A DNA stretch of 64,000 bases from an uncultured Chloroflexia bacterium (lineage in GTDB: Bacteria > Chloroflexota > Limnocylindria > Limnocylindrales > CSP1-4): assembly GCA_963752475.1 (NCBI GenBank), contig CAVVYR010000006.1, positions 480,001 to 544,000 of the forward strand, written 5' to 3'. The translations under genes were made by a program, and so were the position numbers. The notes under the pieces are model-generated. The model was given only the letters and a program-made list of their open reading frames with translations. It was not told the origin of the DNA and ran no database searches. Shown in pieces: positions 54,448-64,000 of the stretch (its first letter is position 1; every line of letters begins with the position of its first letter).

Positions 54448-55491
54448 CTAGCCGCCGGCCGACTCATCCGCGGCGCCTTCCGCTTGTCGTCGCTCCAGGT
54501 GGCGGGCGCCCTCCGCCTCGCGACGGGCTCGTGCCTCCTCCTGGTCCAGGGCGTAGCGCGTGGCGTAGGTGTCGGGTTCCGCCTCGCCCAGGACGATCGC
54601 GGCCGCGACGAAGTCCCGATAGCGAGTCATGGCTGCACCGTAGATCAGGGCCAGGAAGACAAGGCGTAGCCAGACCAGCGCGACGAACACCGAAGCCATC
54701 ACCCCGAAGGCCTGGAATCCGGACACGAGCCACGGGGAGAGCACGCTGTAGAGCAGCGTCATGAGCGCGATGGCGCCGCCGGCCAGTGCGGCAGGCAGCA
54801 GGGCGCTCTGGCGTGCGGGAGGGTTGGAGGGGATGACCCGGTAGGTGCCATAGACGATGCCGCCCGCGATGGCGAACGTGGCCAGGGTGCCGACCACGGC
54901 CAGGATCCACTCGCCGTCCAGCCTCAGGGCTTGAGCCACGACGGTGACGACGCCGGCGAGGATGACCGCGGCCAGGACACCCACGATGATCAGGAAGACC
55001 AGCATGACCCCCAGGACGCGTGCAAGCGCGCCGCTCACCCGCTCACCGGGGAAGAAGCGCTCGATGGCCCGAGTGAGGTTGAGATAGAGGCCGCTGGCGC
55101 CCCAGAGGAAGCCGATGAGGGCGATGGCGCCACCGACGGCCGCCAGCTCGTGGGCACCCTCGACGGCCTCGTCGGTGAAGTCGCTGAAGGCCGGGAAGGC
55201 ATCGTTGATGAGGTCGATGGCCTGCTGGCGGAACTCGGGGCTATCGACAAGCAGGAAGACGCCGGCGATGACCAGGATGAGTGTCGGGATGAGGGCGAAG
55301 AGCGCTGCGTACGAGAGTCCTCCGACGATCAGCCCACCGGCGCTGCTGCGGTACACGACCTGGATGCCGAGGGCGCGCCGGAGAAGCCCATAGCGCGTCA
55401 GCCTCGGCATCAGCCAAGCCTTGAGGCGACCCTTCTTCTTCGCTTCGGGTGCAGCCTCAGCGGTTCCTTCGTCCGTGCCCGGCTCGCTCAT
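54448..55491 (-). CDS. YihY/BrkB family membrane protein
   Basis: LSYAALFALIP, LWGAS, FG.MASVFVALVW; multi-TM. Confidence 0.8.
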   Translation of the reverse strand: MSEPGTDEGTAEAAPEAKKKGRLKAWLMPRLTRYGLLRRALGIQVVYRSSAGGLIVGGLSYAALFALIPTLILVIAGVFLLVDSPEFRQQAIDLINDAFPAFSDFTDEAVEGAHELAAVGGAIALIGFLWGASGLYLNLTRAIERFFPGERVSGALARVLGVMLVFLIIVGVLAAVILAGVVTVVAQALRLDGEWILAVVGTLATFAIAGGIVYGTYRVIPSNPPARQSALLPAALAGGAIALMTLLYSVLSPWLVSGFQAFGVMASVFVALVWLRLVFLALIYGAAMTRYRDFVAAAIVLGEAEPDTYATRYALDQEEARARREAEGARHLERRQAEGAADESAGG

Positions 55492-55513
55492 CGACGGTGG
55501 CCGTGTGGCGAGC

Positions 55514-56671
55514 TCAACCTGCGGCCGGCGCCTCCAGATCGTCCTTGGAGAAACGCGCGACGTACTCCGGCCGGTAGCGGTCGTAGAGCGTCACCAGCAG
55601 CGTGATGAGGAACACGAAGAAGCCCGTGTTCTGGCCGTCGATGGGGTAGCCCAGCAAGTCGAAGACGAAGAACATCACGATCACGACGACGATGTTCAGC
55701 AGGCCGGTGACCACGAATTGGCGCAGCGCCGGGCCGGGACCGAAGCCCTGCCGTTCGAGCACCAGGCTGAGGGCCGCGTTGCCGAGGACCACGATGCCGA
55801 TGATGACGGCGATGCCGATGGGCTCAGCCTGCACGTTCAGCATGAGGCCGAAGATGATGCCGGTCAGGGCCAGCAGGCCGATCTTCTCGAACAGGCCGGG
55901 CCGCAGGAACGTCTTCGCCATGCGGGCCCGCTCTGCCTCCAGGCGTTCGGTCGGGACCTTGCGGCTCGGCTCGGCGTTGGCGTCGATGGTGAGCGGTCGG
56001 TCGCGTGGTGGAAGCTTGTTCTTCATGACCCAGTACGCCGCGGCGATGAGCAGGACGACGACGATGATGGCGATGACCACGATCCACGGCTTGGCCGCGA
56101 AGGTATCGATCCACGCGGTATCGGCCGGTACACCGAAGATGTCCTCCTTGATGAAGTCCGTCATGTCCAGCTGCGCGACATGCAGCCACCACTCCTGCGG
56201 CAGCTTGATGAAGATCCAGATGAAGGCGGTGGCGCCCACCAGGACCTTCATGTTCATCCGGCGCGGATCCCAGAATAGGCGCACGGACTCGTAGAAGATG
56301 AAGAAGTACTCGAAGGTGTTGGGGAAGATGATGAGCAGCTCGCGCACGCCGGTGATCTCGAACAGGACCACGCCCGCGAGTCGGTAGAAGATGAGGAAGC
56401 GGGCGATGTAGACGGCGGGCTGATTGGTCCAGTTGCGTTGCGTCGTGATGTAGGCGATGACCAGGTAGTAGACATCGAGGGCCTTGTCGTAGCTCTGGTA
56501 GCTGGTCAGGTCGGCGTCAGGCGCTACGGCCTGGAAGATCGACTGGTCGACGCCATCGATGATCAGGCAGGCGAGGATCGCCGGCAGCGGGAACCGAGGG
56601 ATGAGGAGCGGGACGAACAGCCGCGAGAGGACGACGGCCCAGAAGACGAGTTCGGCGCTATTGAGTTCCAT
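55514..56671 (-). CDS. Conserved hypothetical multi-pass membrane protein
   Basis: 385-aa hydrophobic ORF with AGGAG RBS; YQSYDKALD, FPNTFEYFF, KLPQEWWLH. Confidence 0.75.
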   Translation of the reverse strand: MELNSAELVFWAVVLSRLFVPLLIPRFPLPAILACLIIDGVDQSIFQAVAPDADLTSYQSYDKALDVYYLVIAYITTQRNWTNQPAVYIARFLIFYRLAGVVLFEITGVRELLIIFPNTFEYFFIFYESVRLFWDPRRMNMKVLVGATAFIWIFIKLPQEWWLHVAQLDMTDFIKEDIFGVPADTAWIDTFAAKPWIVVIAIIVVVLLIAAAYWVMKNKLPPRDRPLTIDANAEPSRKVPTERLEAERARMAKTFLRPGLFEKIGLLALTGIIFGLMLNVQAEPIGIAVIIGIVVLGNAALSLVLERQGFGPGPALRQFVVTGLLNIVVVIVMFFVFDLLGYPIDGQNTGFFVFLITLLVTLYDRYRPEYVARFSKDDLEAPAAG

Positions 56672-56679
56672 GGCGTCTC

Positions 56680-57414
56680 CTAGATGCCGACGTTCTGCGG
56701 CAGGCTGAACATGAACCCGACGCCGCCGAGGAAGAAGAGCACGGCCACGAGAAGCATGAAGAGGCGGACGACCCGGCCCTTGAGCTTCGTGCCCACACCG
56801 GCGAAGAACAGGACCGAGGCCATGATCACCGCCGTCAGCACGAAGTTGTCGCCGGTCTGGTTGGCCTCGGCGGACGTGTCGGCGAGCACCTCGGCCTCAG
56901 CGTTCAGGCGGTCGGCCTCGGCCTGTGCCGTGGGTTGGTACTCGGGCATGTCGAAGGGCGTGCCGGGTGGGACTTCGCCCTCCGGCACAGACGAGATCCA
57001 GGACTCGAACGCCGGCTTGAACTCGTCACGGAAGCGAGCTTCGAGGAACGCTGCGCCTCCCTCGTTGTCGTCGGCCTCCTGCTGGAGCCACAGGCTCCAG
57101 ACCTGCAGGTCGACCTGGATCTGGGTCCCGAAGATGCTCGTCTGCTGTGCCGCATCGGTCTTGGCTTCGATGGCGCTGCGCGAGGAGCTCGCCTGCACAC
57201 CACCCCAGCGCGTGGCCTGGTAGGCCGACCAGGCAGCGACGATCGTTGCCAGCGCGAGGATGACGGCCGCGGCCAGCTCGATCCAGTCGGTGCGGTTGAA
57301 GCGCTCCTGGGCGATGACGTCGAGGCGATCGCCCCACGGCAGGACGGCGTCGGAGTCGGGCTCGCCAGCCGCTTCGGGGGCGTGTGGCTGGCTGTCCTGT
57401 GGATCGCTCGTCAC
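56680..57414 (-). CDS. Conserved membrane protein (DUF4337-like), paralog of 9852-10592
   Basis: Same motifs as 9852-10592; GTG start after GGAGG. Confidence 0.72.
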   Translation of the reverse strand: MTSDPQDSQPHAPEAAGEPDSDAVLPWGDRLDVIAQERFNRTDWIELAAAVILALATIVAAWSAYQATRWGGVQASSSRSAIEAKTDAAQQTSIFGTQIQVDLQVWSLWLQQEADDNEGGAAFLEARFRDEFKPAFESWISSVPEGEVPPGTPFDMPEYQPTAQAEADRLNAEAEVLADTSAEANQTGDNFVLTAVIMASVLFFAGVGTKLKGRVVRLFMLLVAVLFFLGGVGFMFSLPQNVGI

Positions 57415-57529
57415 CTGGTCCCTCCGTGTCGCCTCGTCGGCCTGACGCACGATAGCAAACCCGGAGGTGCCCCGACCCATCGGATGGGGGAAACCGCCCT
57501 CCCTCGGCGATGCGCGCTAGAGTCCCATC

Positions 57530-58432
57530 ATGCCCCACCATCCCGAGACCATCGACGGCCTGCAGGCTGCCTTTGCCGAGCGCGACTACGTGGCCGACCG
57601 CGCGCTCGTGACCTCCGTCTTCCTCGGCCTCCAGCTGGGCCGGCCGCTGCTCCTCGAGGGCGAGGCGGGCGTGGGCAAGACCGAGCTGGCCAAGGTCCTG
57701 GCCTCGACGCTCGGGACCCGGCTCATCCGGCTGCAGTGCTACGAAGGCCTCGACGTCAACACCGCGGTCTACGAGTGGAACTACCCGCGCCAGATGCTGG
57801 AGATCCGGCTGCTGGAAGCACAAGGCAAGCTCGGCGACGCGCGCACACACGACATCTTCAGCGAGGAGTTCCTGCTCAAGCGGCCGCTGCTCCAGGCGCT
57901 GGAGGCGGCGGACGGCCAGGCGCCGGTGCTGCTCATCGACGAGATCGACCGCGCCGACGAGGAGTTCGAGGCCTTCCTGCTGGAGCTACTCTCCGACTTC
58001 CAGGTGACCGTGCCGGAGGTGGGCACCGTGCGCGCGGAGCATCCGCCGCGCGTGATCCTCACCTCCAACCGCACGCGCGAGGTCCACGATGCGCTCAAGC
58101 GACGCTGCCTCTATCACTGGATCGACTACCCCGATGCCGCACGCGAGTATGAGATCGTGCTGGCTCGTGTGCCCGACACCCCGGAGCGTCTGGCGGAGGC
58201 CATCGTGACCTTCGTGCAGCGGCTTCGGGCGGGCCAGCTGACCAAGGTGCCGGGCGTGGCCGAGACCATCGACTGGGCTTCCGCCTTGCTGGCGCTCGGC
58301 GCGGGTCGGCTGACCGCGGAGCTCGTCGACGATACGTTGGGCGTGGTGCTCAAGTACGAGGAGGACGTGCAGGCCATCCGTGGCGCCACGGCCGCCCGCT
58401 ACCTGGAGGAGCCGGCGGGTGGCGCCGGCTAG
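57530..58432 (+). CDS. MoxR-family AAA+ ATPase (CoxD-like)
   Basis: GEAGVGKT, RLQCYEG, LLIDEIDRAD, DALKRRC. Confidence 0.92.
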   Translation: MPHHPETIDGLQAAFAERDYVADRALVTSVFLGLQLGRPLLLEGEAGVGKTELAKVLASTLGTRLIRLQCYEGLDVNTAVYEWNYPRQMLEIRLLEAQGKLGDARTHDIFSEEFLLKRPLLQALEAADGQAPVLLIDEIDRADEEFEAFLLELLSDFQVTVPEVGTVRAEHPPRVILTSNRTREVHDALKRRCLYHWIDYPDAAREYEIVLARVPDTPERLAEAIVTFVQRLRAGQLTKVPGVAETIDWASALLALGAGRLTAELVDDTLGVVLKYEEDVQAIRGATAARYLEEPAGGAG

Positions 58433-59747
58433 CAGGACGTCCGCGCCCGATAGCGGTCCCGGGATCTCCGGCAGCGCCTTCTTCTGGAACGCACTGCTGT
58501 TCACGCGTGCCCTGCGCGCCGAAGGCTTGACCACGGACCTCGGTGCCGCCATGGACTACTCGCGGGCGCTGACGCTCATCGACATCGGTGATCGCGAGCA
58601 GGTCCGAGCCGCGGGTTCCTCGATCTTCGTCCGTCGCCGCGACGAGGTCGACATCTATGACGGGGTCTTCGACCGCTTCTGGACCCGCTACGAGCTGGCC
58701 ATCGAGCCGCCCGACTTCGATCTGGAGGTGGATCTCGCGGGCCGGGAGCACGAACAAGGCGCACAGGTCGCGGCCGAGGGCGGAGCTGACGATGGCGACG
58801 TCGCGGCCGGCGCGACCGAGGACGAGGGTGACGCGTCGGAGGCCGATGGCGCCGATCTCAAGGACGAGGACGGCGCTTCCCGGTCCTGGAGTGAGCGCGA
58901 ACGCTTCCTCAGGAAGCCCTTCGACCGCATGAGCCCCGATGAGCTGCGTGATGCCGAGCGGCTCGTGGACCAGGTCCGCCCGCGTCTCGAGCAGCGGCGT
59001 TCCCGGCGCCAGGTGCTCCACCGCCACGGTCGGCTGCTGGCAGCACGGCAGATGTTCCGGGCCAACCTCCAGAACGGCGGCGACCTCGTGCAGTGGCTCT
59101 GGCGTCGGCCGGCCATGCGTCCGCGCTCGATCACCGTCATCTGTGACATCTCCGGCTCGATGGAGCGGCACTCGCGCCTGCTCATGCGTTTCGCCATGGC
59201 CTTGCATCGGATGTCCAACGTGCGCACGGAGGCCTTCGTCTTCGGTACCCACCTGTCGCGCGTGACGCACGAGCTCACGGGTCGCGACCCGGATGTCGCG
59301 CTTGACAAGGTCTCGGCGGCGGTCTCCGACTGGTCCGGTGGTACCCGCATCGGTGCCTCGCTCGAGCAGTTCAACCGCGACTGGGCCCGGCGCACGCTGC
59401 GCTCCAGCGGCGTGGTCATCGTCGTCAGCGACGGTTGGGATCGTGGCGATCCCGCTCTCGTACGTCGCGAGATGGCACGCCTGCAGCGCTCGTGCCACCG
59501 CCTCATCTGGCTCGATCCGCTCGCGGCCACCGAGTACTACCAGCCGCTCGCGGGGGGCATGGCCGCGGCCTACCCGTTCATCGACGACCTGGTCGCGGTG
59601 CACGACCTGGCCTCGCTCTTCCGGCTGGGCGAGCTGTTGGCCGAGATGGCCGAGCATCGCAGCCGCCGGCCCGACCGCAACGGCGTGCCCCGTCTCCACC
59701 GTGATCTGCGGACAGAGGTCGCCCTGCGGCCGGGGGTCGTGGCATGA
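58419..59747 (+). CDS. VWA domain protein (CoxE-like)
   Basis: DISGSM MIDAS, WSGGTRIG, SDGWDRGD; GTG after GGAGGA. Confidence 0.9.
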   Translation: MAPASRTSAPDSGPGISGSAFFWNALLFTRALRAEGLTTDLGAAMDYSRALTLIDIGDREQVRAAGSSIFVRRRDEVDIYDGVFDRFWTRYELAIEPPDFDLEVDLAGREHEQGAQVAAEGGADDGDVAAGATEDEGDASEADGADLKDEDGASRSWSERERFLRKPFDRMSPDELRDAERLVDQVRPRLEQRRSRRQVLHRHGRLLAARQMFRANLQNGGDLVQWLWRRPAMRPRSITVICDISGSMERHSRLLMRFAMALHRMSNVRTEAFVFGTHLSRVTHELTGRDPDVALDKVSAAVSDWSGGTRIGASLEQFNRDWARRTLRSSGVVIVVSDGWDRGDPALVRREMARLQRSCHRLIWLDPLAATEYYQPLAGGMAAAYPFIDDLVAVHDLASLFRLGELLAEMAEHRSRRPDRNGVPRLHRDLRTEVALRPGVVA

Positions 59748-60850
59748 GGGAACTGCTCCCGACGCTCGACGCCTGGACGGCCCAAGGGCTGGCGGTCGCG
59801 CGCGCGGTGGTGATCCGGACCTTCGGCTCTTCGCCCCGACGCGAGGGGGCGACGATGCTGCGCGCCTCGGACGGACGCATCAGCGGCTCGGTCAGCGGCG
59901 GCTGCGTAGAGGGTGCGACAGCCGAGCACATGGAGGCGGCGGCCGCTTCGGGCCAGCAGCGTGTCGTGCGCTTCGGCATCAGCGATAGCGATGCCTGGGA
60001 TGTGGGCCTCGCGTGCGGCGGCACCATCGATGTGTTGGTGCAGCCGGCGGTGCCGGCCGCCGCCGTCGAGGCCGTTCGCGCCACGCTCGTGGACCGTCAT
60101 GCCGGTCGAGCACTGGTGACGACCTTGCCCCACGACTCCCCCGGTGCGGAGCTCGGCGGCTCCGAGCTGGGCCCGATGGCAGCCCCCTCCGATCCGCTCA
60201 TCGTGCACGAGGACGGCTCGCTCAGCGGCTCGCTGGGTGAGGCGGAAGTAGATGCGTCGGTCGTCACACTCGCGACCGACGCGATCTCGAGTGGCACATC
60301 GATCACGACCGAGTCGGCCGGCCGTCAGTTGTTCATCGAGGCCTTCCCGGTACGCCCGCGCCTGCTGGTCGTGGGTGCGGTCGAGGTGGCCGTCGCGTTG
60401 GTGCGACTGGGTGGCGAGCTGGGCTACGAGACGGTCCTCATCGACGGCCGCCCGGCGTTCGCGACGCGCGAGCGCTTCCCCGATGTCGACCACCTCGTCA
60501 TCGGCTGGCCCGACGAGGTCGCGGATGAGCTGCAGCTCGGTCGCGGTGATGCGGTCGCCGTGCTCAGCCACGATCCCAAGTTCGACGATCCGGCCATCAC
60601 CGTGGCGCTCGAGCGTGAGTGTCGCTATGTCGGCGCCATCGGCTCCCGCAAGACGCAGCGAGCACGCCGGGCGCGACTCGCCGCCGCGGGCCTCGACGAG
60701 GAGCAGCTGGCCCGCCTGCGCGGGCCCATCGGGCTCGACCTCGGGGGTCGGGAGCCGGCTGAGACGGCGCTGGCAATCATGTCCGAGATCGTGGCCGCCC
60801 GGCATGGCGCCAGCGGGGGCTCGCTGGTCGATAAGCCACCCCGCCGCTGA
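59744..60850 (+). CDS. XdhC/CoxF-CoxI family molybdoenzyme maturation protein
   Basis: GSVSGGCVE, GLACGG, SHDPKFD, YVGAIGSR, PIGLDLG. Confidence 0.92.
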   Translation: MRELLPTLDAWTAQGLAVARAVVIRTFGSSPRREGATMLRASDGRISGSVSGGCVEGATAEHMEAAAASGQQRVVRFGISDSDAWDVGLACGGTIDVLVQPAVPAAAVEAVRATLVDRHAGRALVTTLPHDSPGAELGGSELGPMAAPSDPLIVHEDGSLSGSLGEAEVDASVVTLATDAISSGTSITTESAGRQLFIEAFPVRPRLLVVGAVEVAVALVRLGGELGYETVLIDGRPAFATRERFPDVDHLVIGWPDEVADELQLGRGDAVAVLSHDPKFDDPAITVALERECRYVGAIGSRKTQRARRARLAAAGLDEEQLARLRGPIGLDLGGREPAETALAIMSEIVAARHGASGGSLVDKPPRR

Positions 60851-60934
60851 GCCGAAGTCCGCGTGAGCGGTGCAGGACGTGCGCTAGACTCTGAGTTCCG
60901 CCCACCAACCAGCCCTTTCATGACGGGAGCCACC

Positions 60935-61456
60935 GTGTCCGCCGACTCGCTACGGGCCCAGATCCGCGAAGTCCCCGACTTCCCCAAGCCCGGGATCCTC
61001 TTCTACGACATCACCACCCTGCTCAATGACGCCGAGGCTTTCCGCGAGTCCATCGAGCTCATGAACGAGCCCTTCAAGGACGAGAAGATCGACATCGTCG
61101 TGGGCATGGAGTCACGTGGCTTCATCTTCAGCGCGCCGATGGCCTTGCACCTAGGCGCCGGCTTCGTGCCGGTCCGCAAGCTGGGCAAGCTGCCGGCGGA
61201 GACGATCAGCGTCGAGTACGAGCTCGAGTACGGCACCAATACCCTCGAAGTCCACCGCGATGCCATCCGCCCCAACCAGCGGGTGCTCATCGTCGACGAC
61301 CTGCTGGCCACCGGCGGCACGGTCCTGGGCACGATCGAGCTGGTCAAGCAGCTGAAGGGCGAGGTCGTCGGCCTGTCCTTCCTCGTCGAGCTCGGCTTCC
61401 TGAAGGGTCGCGAGCGCCTCGATGGCTACCCGATCAACAGCGTCATCGGGTACTGA
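60935..61456 (+). CDS. apt: Adenine phosphoribosyltransferase
   Basis: PDFPKPGILFYDIT, ESRGF, RKLGKLP, IVDDLLATGGT. Confidence 0.97.
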   Translation: MSADSLRAQIREVPDFPKPGILFYDITTLLNDAEAFRESIELMNEPFKDEKIDIVVGMESRGFIFSAPMALHLGAGFVPVRKLGKLPAETISVEYELEYGTNTLEVHRDAIRPNQRVLIVDDLLATGGTVLGTIELVKQLKGEVVGLSFLVELGFLKGRERLDGYPINSVIGY

Positions 61457-62788
61457 CCCGCAGGATCCCCAGGAACCCGCGGAGGTTGCCGAGGCACCGC
61501 CGGAGGGGGAGGGTGACCCCGACGAAGCCGTTCACGACCCTGACCGTCGGGCGTTCTTCTTCCAGTTCGGCAAGCAGGCTGCGTCCGCGGTCGGGCAGGT
61601 GGCCGGCATGGCGGATGTCGTGGGCCGGACCTCCAGTGCCCTGGCCGGTGAGTTGCTCGGCCTCGACGAGCCCGATGCGGAGGGTGAGAAGCCGCAGTTC
61701 GCACGCTCTGGTGCGGCCGCCGATCCTGTCACGAGCGCAGCCGAGCCCGCAGCCGAGAACAGCTACCGCAGTGCCTACCGCCTGGCCGACGAGGGACTGG
61801 TCATCCTCGATCAGCGGCGGATCCCCGAAGCGCTCGAGGAGGTCGCGGCCAAGCGCGGCAGCGACGTGGCCTACTACCTGCGGCTGGGCGTGGCCCGCGG
61901 CGGTCCCCTCATGGCGCAGCTCGCGGCCTACGGACTCTGGCTCACCGCTGCCGAACGCGCGGACAAGCCTGCCGAGCAGCGTCGCGTAGAGCTGCGTCGC
62001 ACCGAGCAGACGCTCATCGACGCACGACCCTCGTCGCGTCCGCTAGCCGGTGCGGTCGAGCGCATGCGCACGTTCACGGCGCGCTTCGGTGACTCGGCGA
62101 GCGGCATCGAGGTAGCCGAGGCCATGCGCGTCGAGGCCGACGCCATCGCGGCCGAGGCGACCGCGGCCGAGGCCAGGCTGGCGAGCCGGCTCGAGGCGGC
62201 GCTGCCACGACCCGACGGTCGTCCGCTGACGCTGCTGCTCCATGGCGGCCAGGGGTCGCTCGTGGCGGGGCAGCTGGGTGCCACGCTCACCGCCCTCAAC
62301 CGTATGCGCGACGCCGGCCGTGAGCTGCGGGTCTTCCTCGCCGAAGGACGGCCCTTCATGGACGGGGCGCGGCTCGCGAGTTGGGAGCTGCGCCAGTCGG
62401 GGCTCGAGCACAAGATCGTGGCCGATGCCGCCGCTGCCTGGCTCCTGGACCGGATGCCGTTCGACGCGGTGGTCGTGCGTGGCGAGTGGCAAGCGGCCGA
62501 TGGCGACACCTCGGCGCTGGTGGGTGCCCGCGCACTCGCTCAGCTCGCCGCGGCCGCCCGCGGCGCTGACGCCAGCCCGCGCTTCGTGACCGTCACACCG
62601 TCGACGGCCATCGACGCCGACACCGCGGATGGGAACGCCATCCCCTCCGAACTCCGACCGTCGCGTGAGCTCTCCGCCTACCTCTCTGACACGCCCATCC
62701 GCACCTCCGACGCGCTCGTTCCCGCGGCGGACGTCATCCCCTCCGGGCTCATCGATGTGTGCGTCACGGATGCGGAGCCGATGGCCTG

Positions 62789-62789
<1 letters not shown>
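61422..62789 (+). CDS. Degenerate MtnA / eIF-2B-fold protein (start uncertain)
   Basis: LDQRRIP, VARGGP, ARPS, EGRPFMDGARLASWEL, D..P..LID..VTD; catalytic motifs altered. Confidence 0.78.

Positions 62790-64000
<1,211 letters not shown>

Noticed and set aside
61540-61640. Tat signal (DRRAFF) on the MtnA-like protein
   Set aside because: The start codon is uncertain, the h-region is weak and the operon context is cytoplasmic; not supportable without a predictor

Overview
High-GC (roughly 70% by eye) bacterial chromosomal window, most consistent with a Chloroflexota-type genome (inferred from gene order, a CIRCE/HrcA regulon and protein sequences; not verified). The backbone is the conserved lepA-hemW-hrcA-grpE-dnaK-dnaJ-prmA-hit-rpsU-yqeY-pgpH-ybeY neighbourhood. 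It is broken up by accessory blocks: rhamnose isomerase with a glutamate decarboxylase/CLC module, three tandem GT92-like glycosyltransferases, a TetR-headed menaquinone operon, a sulfatase, an ABC-2 exporter and ycaQ. After it come pth-mfd, coxDEF-like genes and an apt-mtnA-like-GNAT-ahcY unit. gadB, grpE and mfd carry frameshifts that look like assembly indels. I saw no rRNA, tRNA, CRISPR array or transposase. Best candidates for undescribed biology: (1) a structured ~200-nt non-coding RNA with a near-consensus sigma70 promoter, operator-like repeats and anti-Shine-Dalgarno loops (34345-34546, - strand); (2) an alpha/beta-hydrolase on MenE in an operon lacking MenI; (3) an MtnA-fold protein missing both catalytic residues, coupled to a GNAT and AhcY; (4) a ~150-bp palindromic MITE-like element in segments that duplicate the neighbouring gene's 3' end; (5) the GT92 trio with a shared unknown C-terminal domain; (6) an unannotated 40-aa membrane peptide; (7) many apparently leaderless genes.
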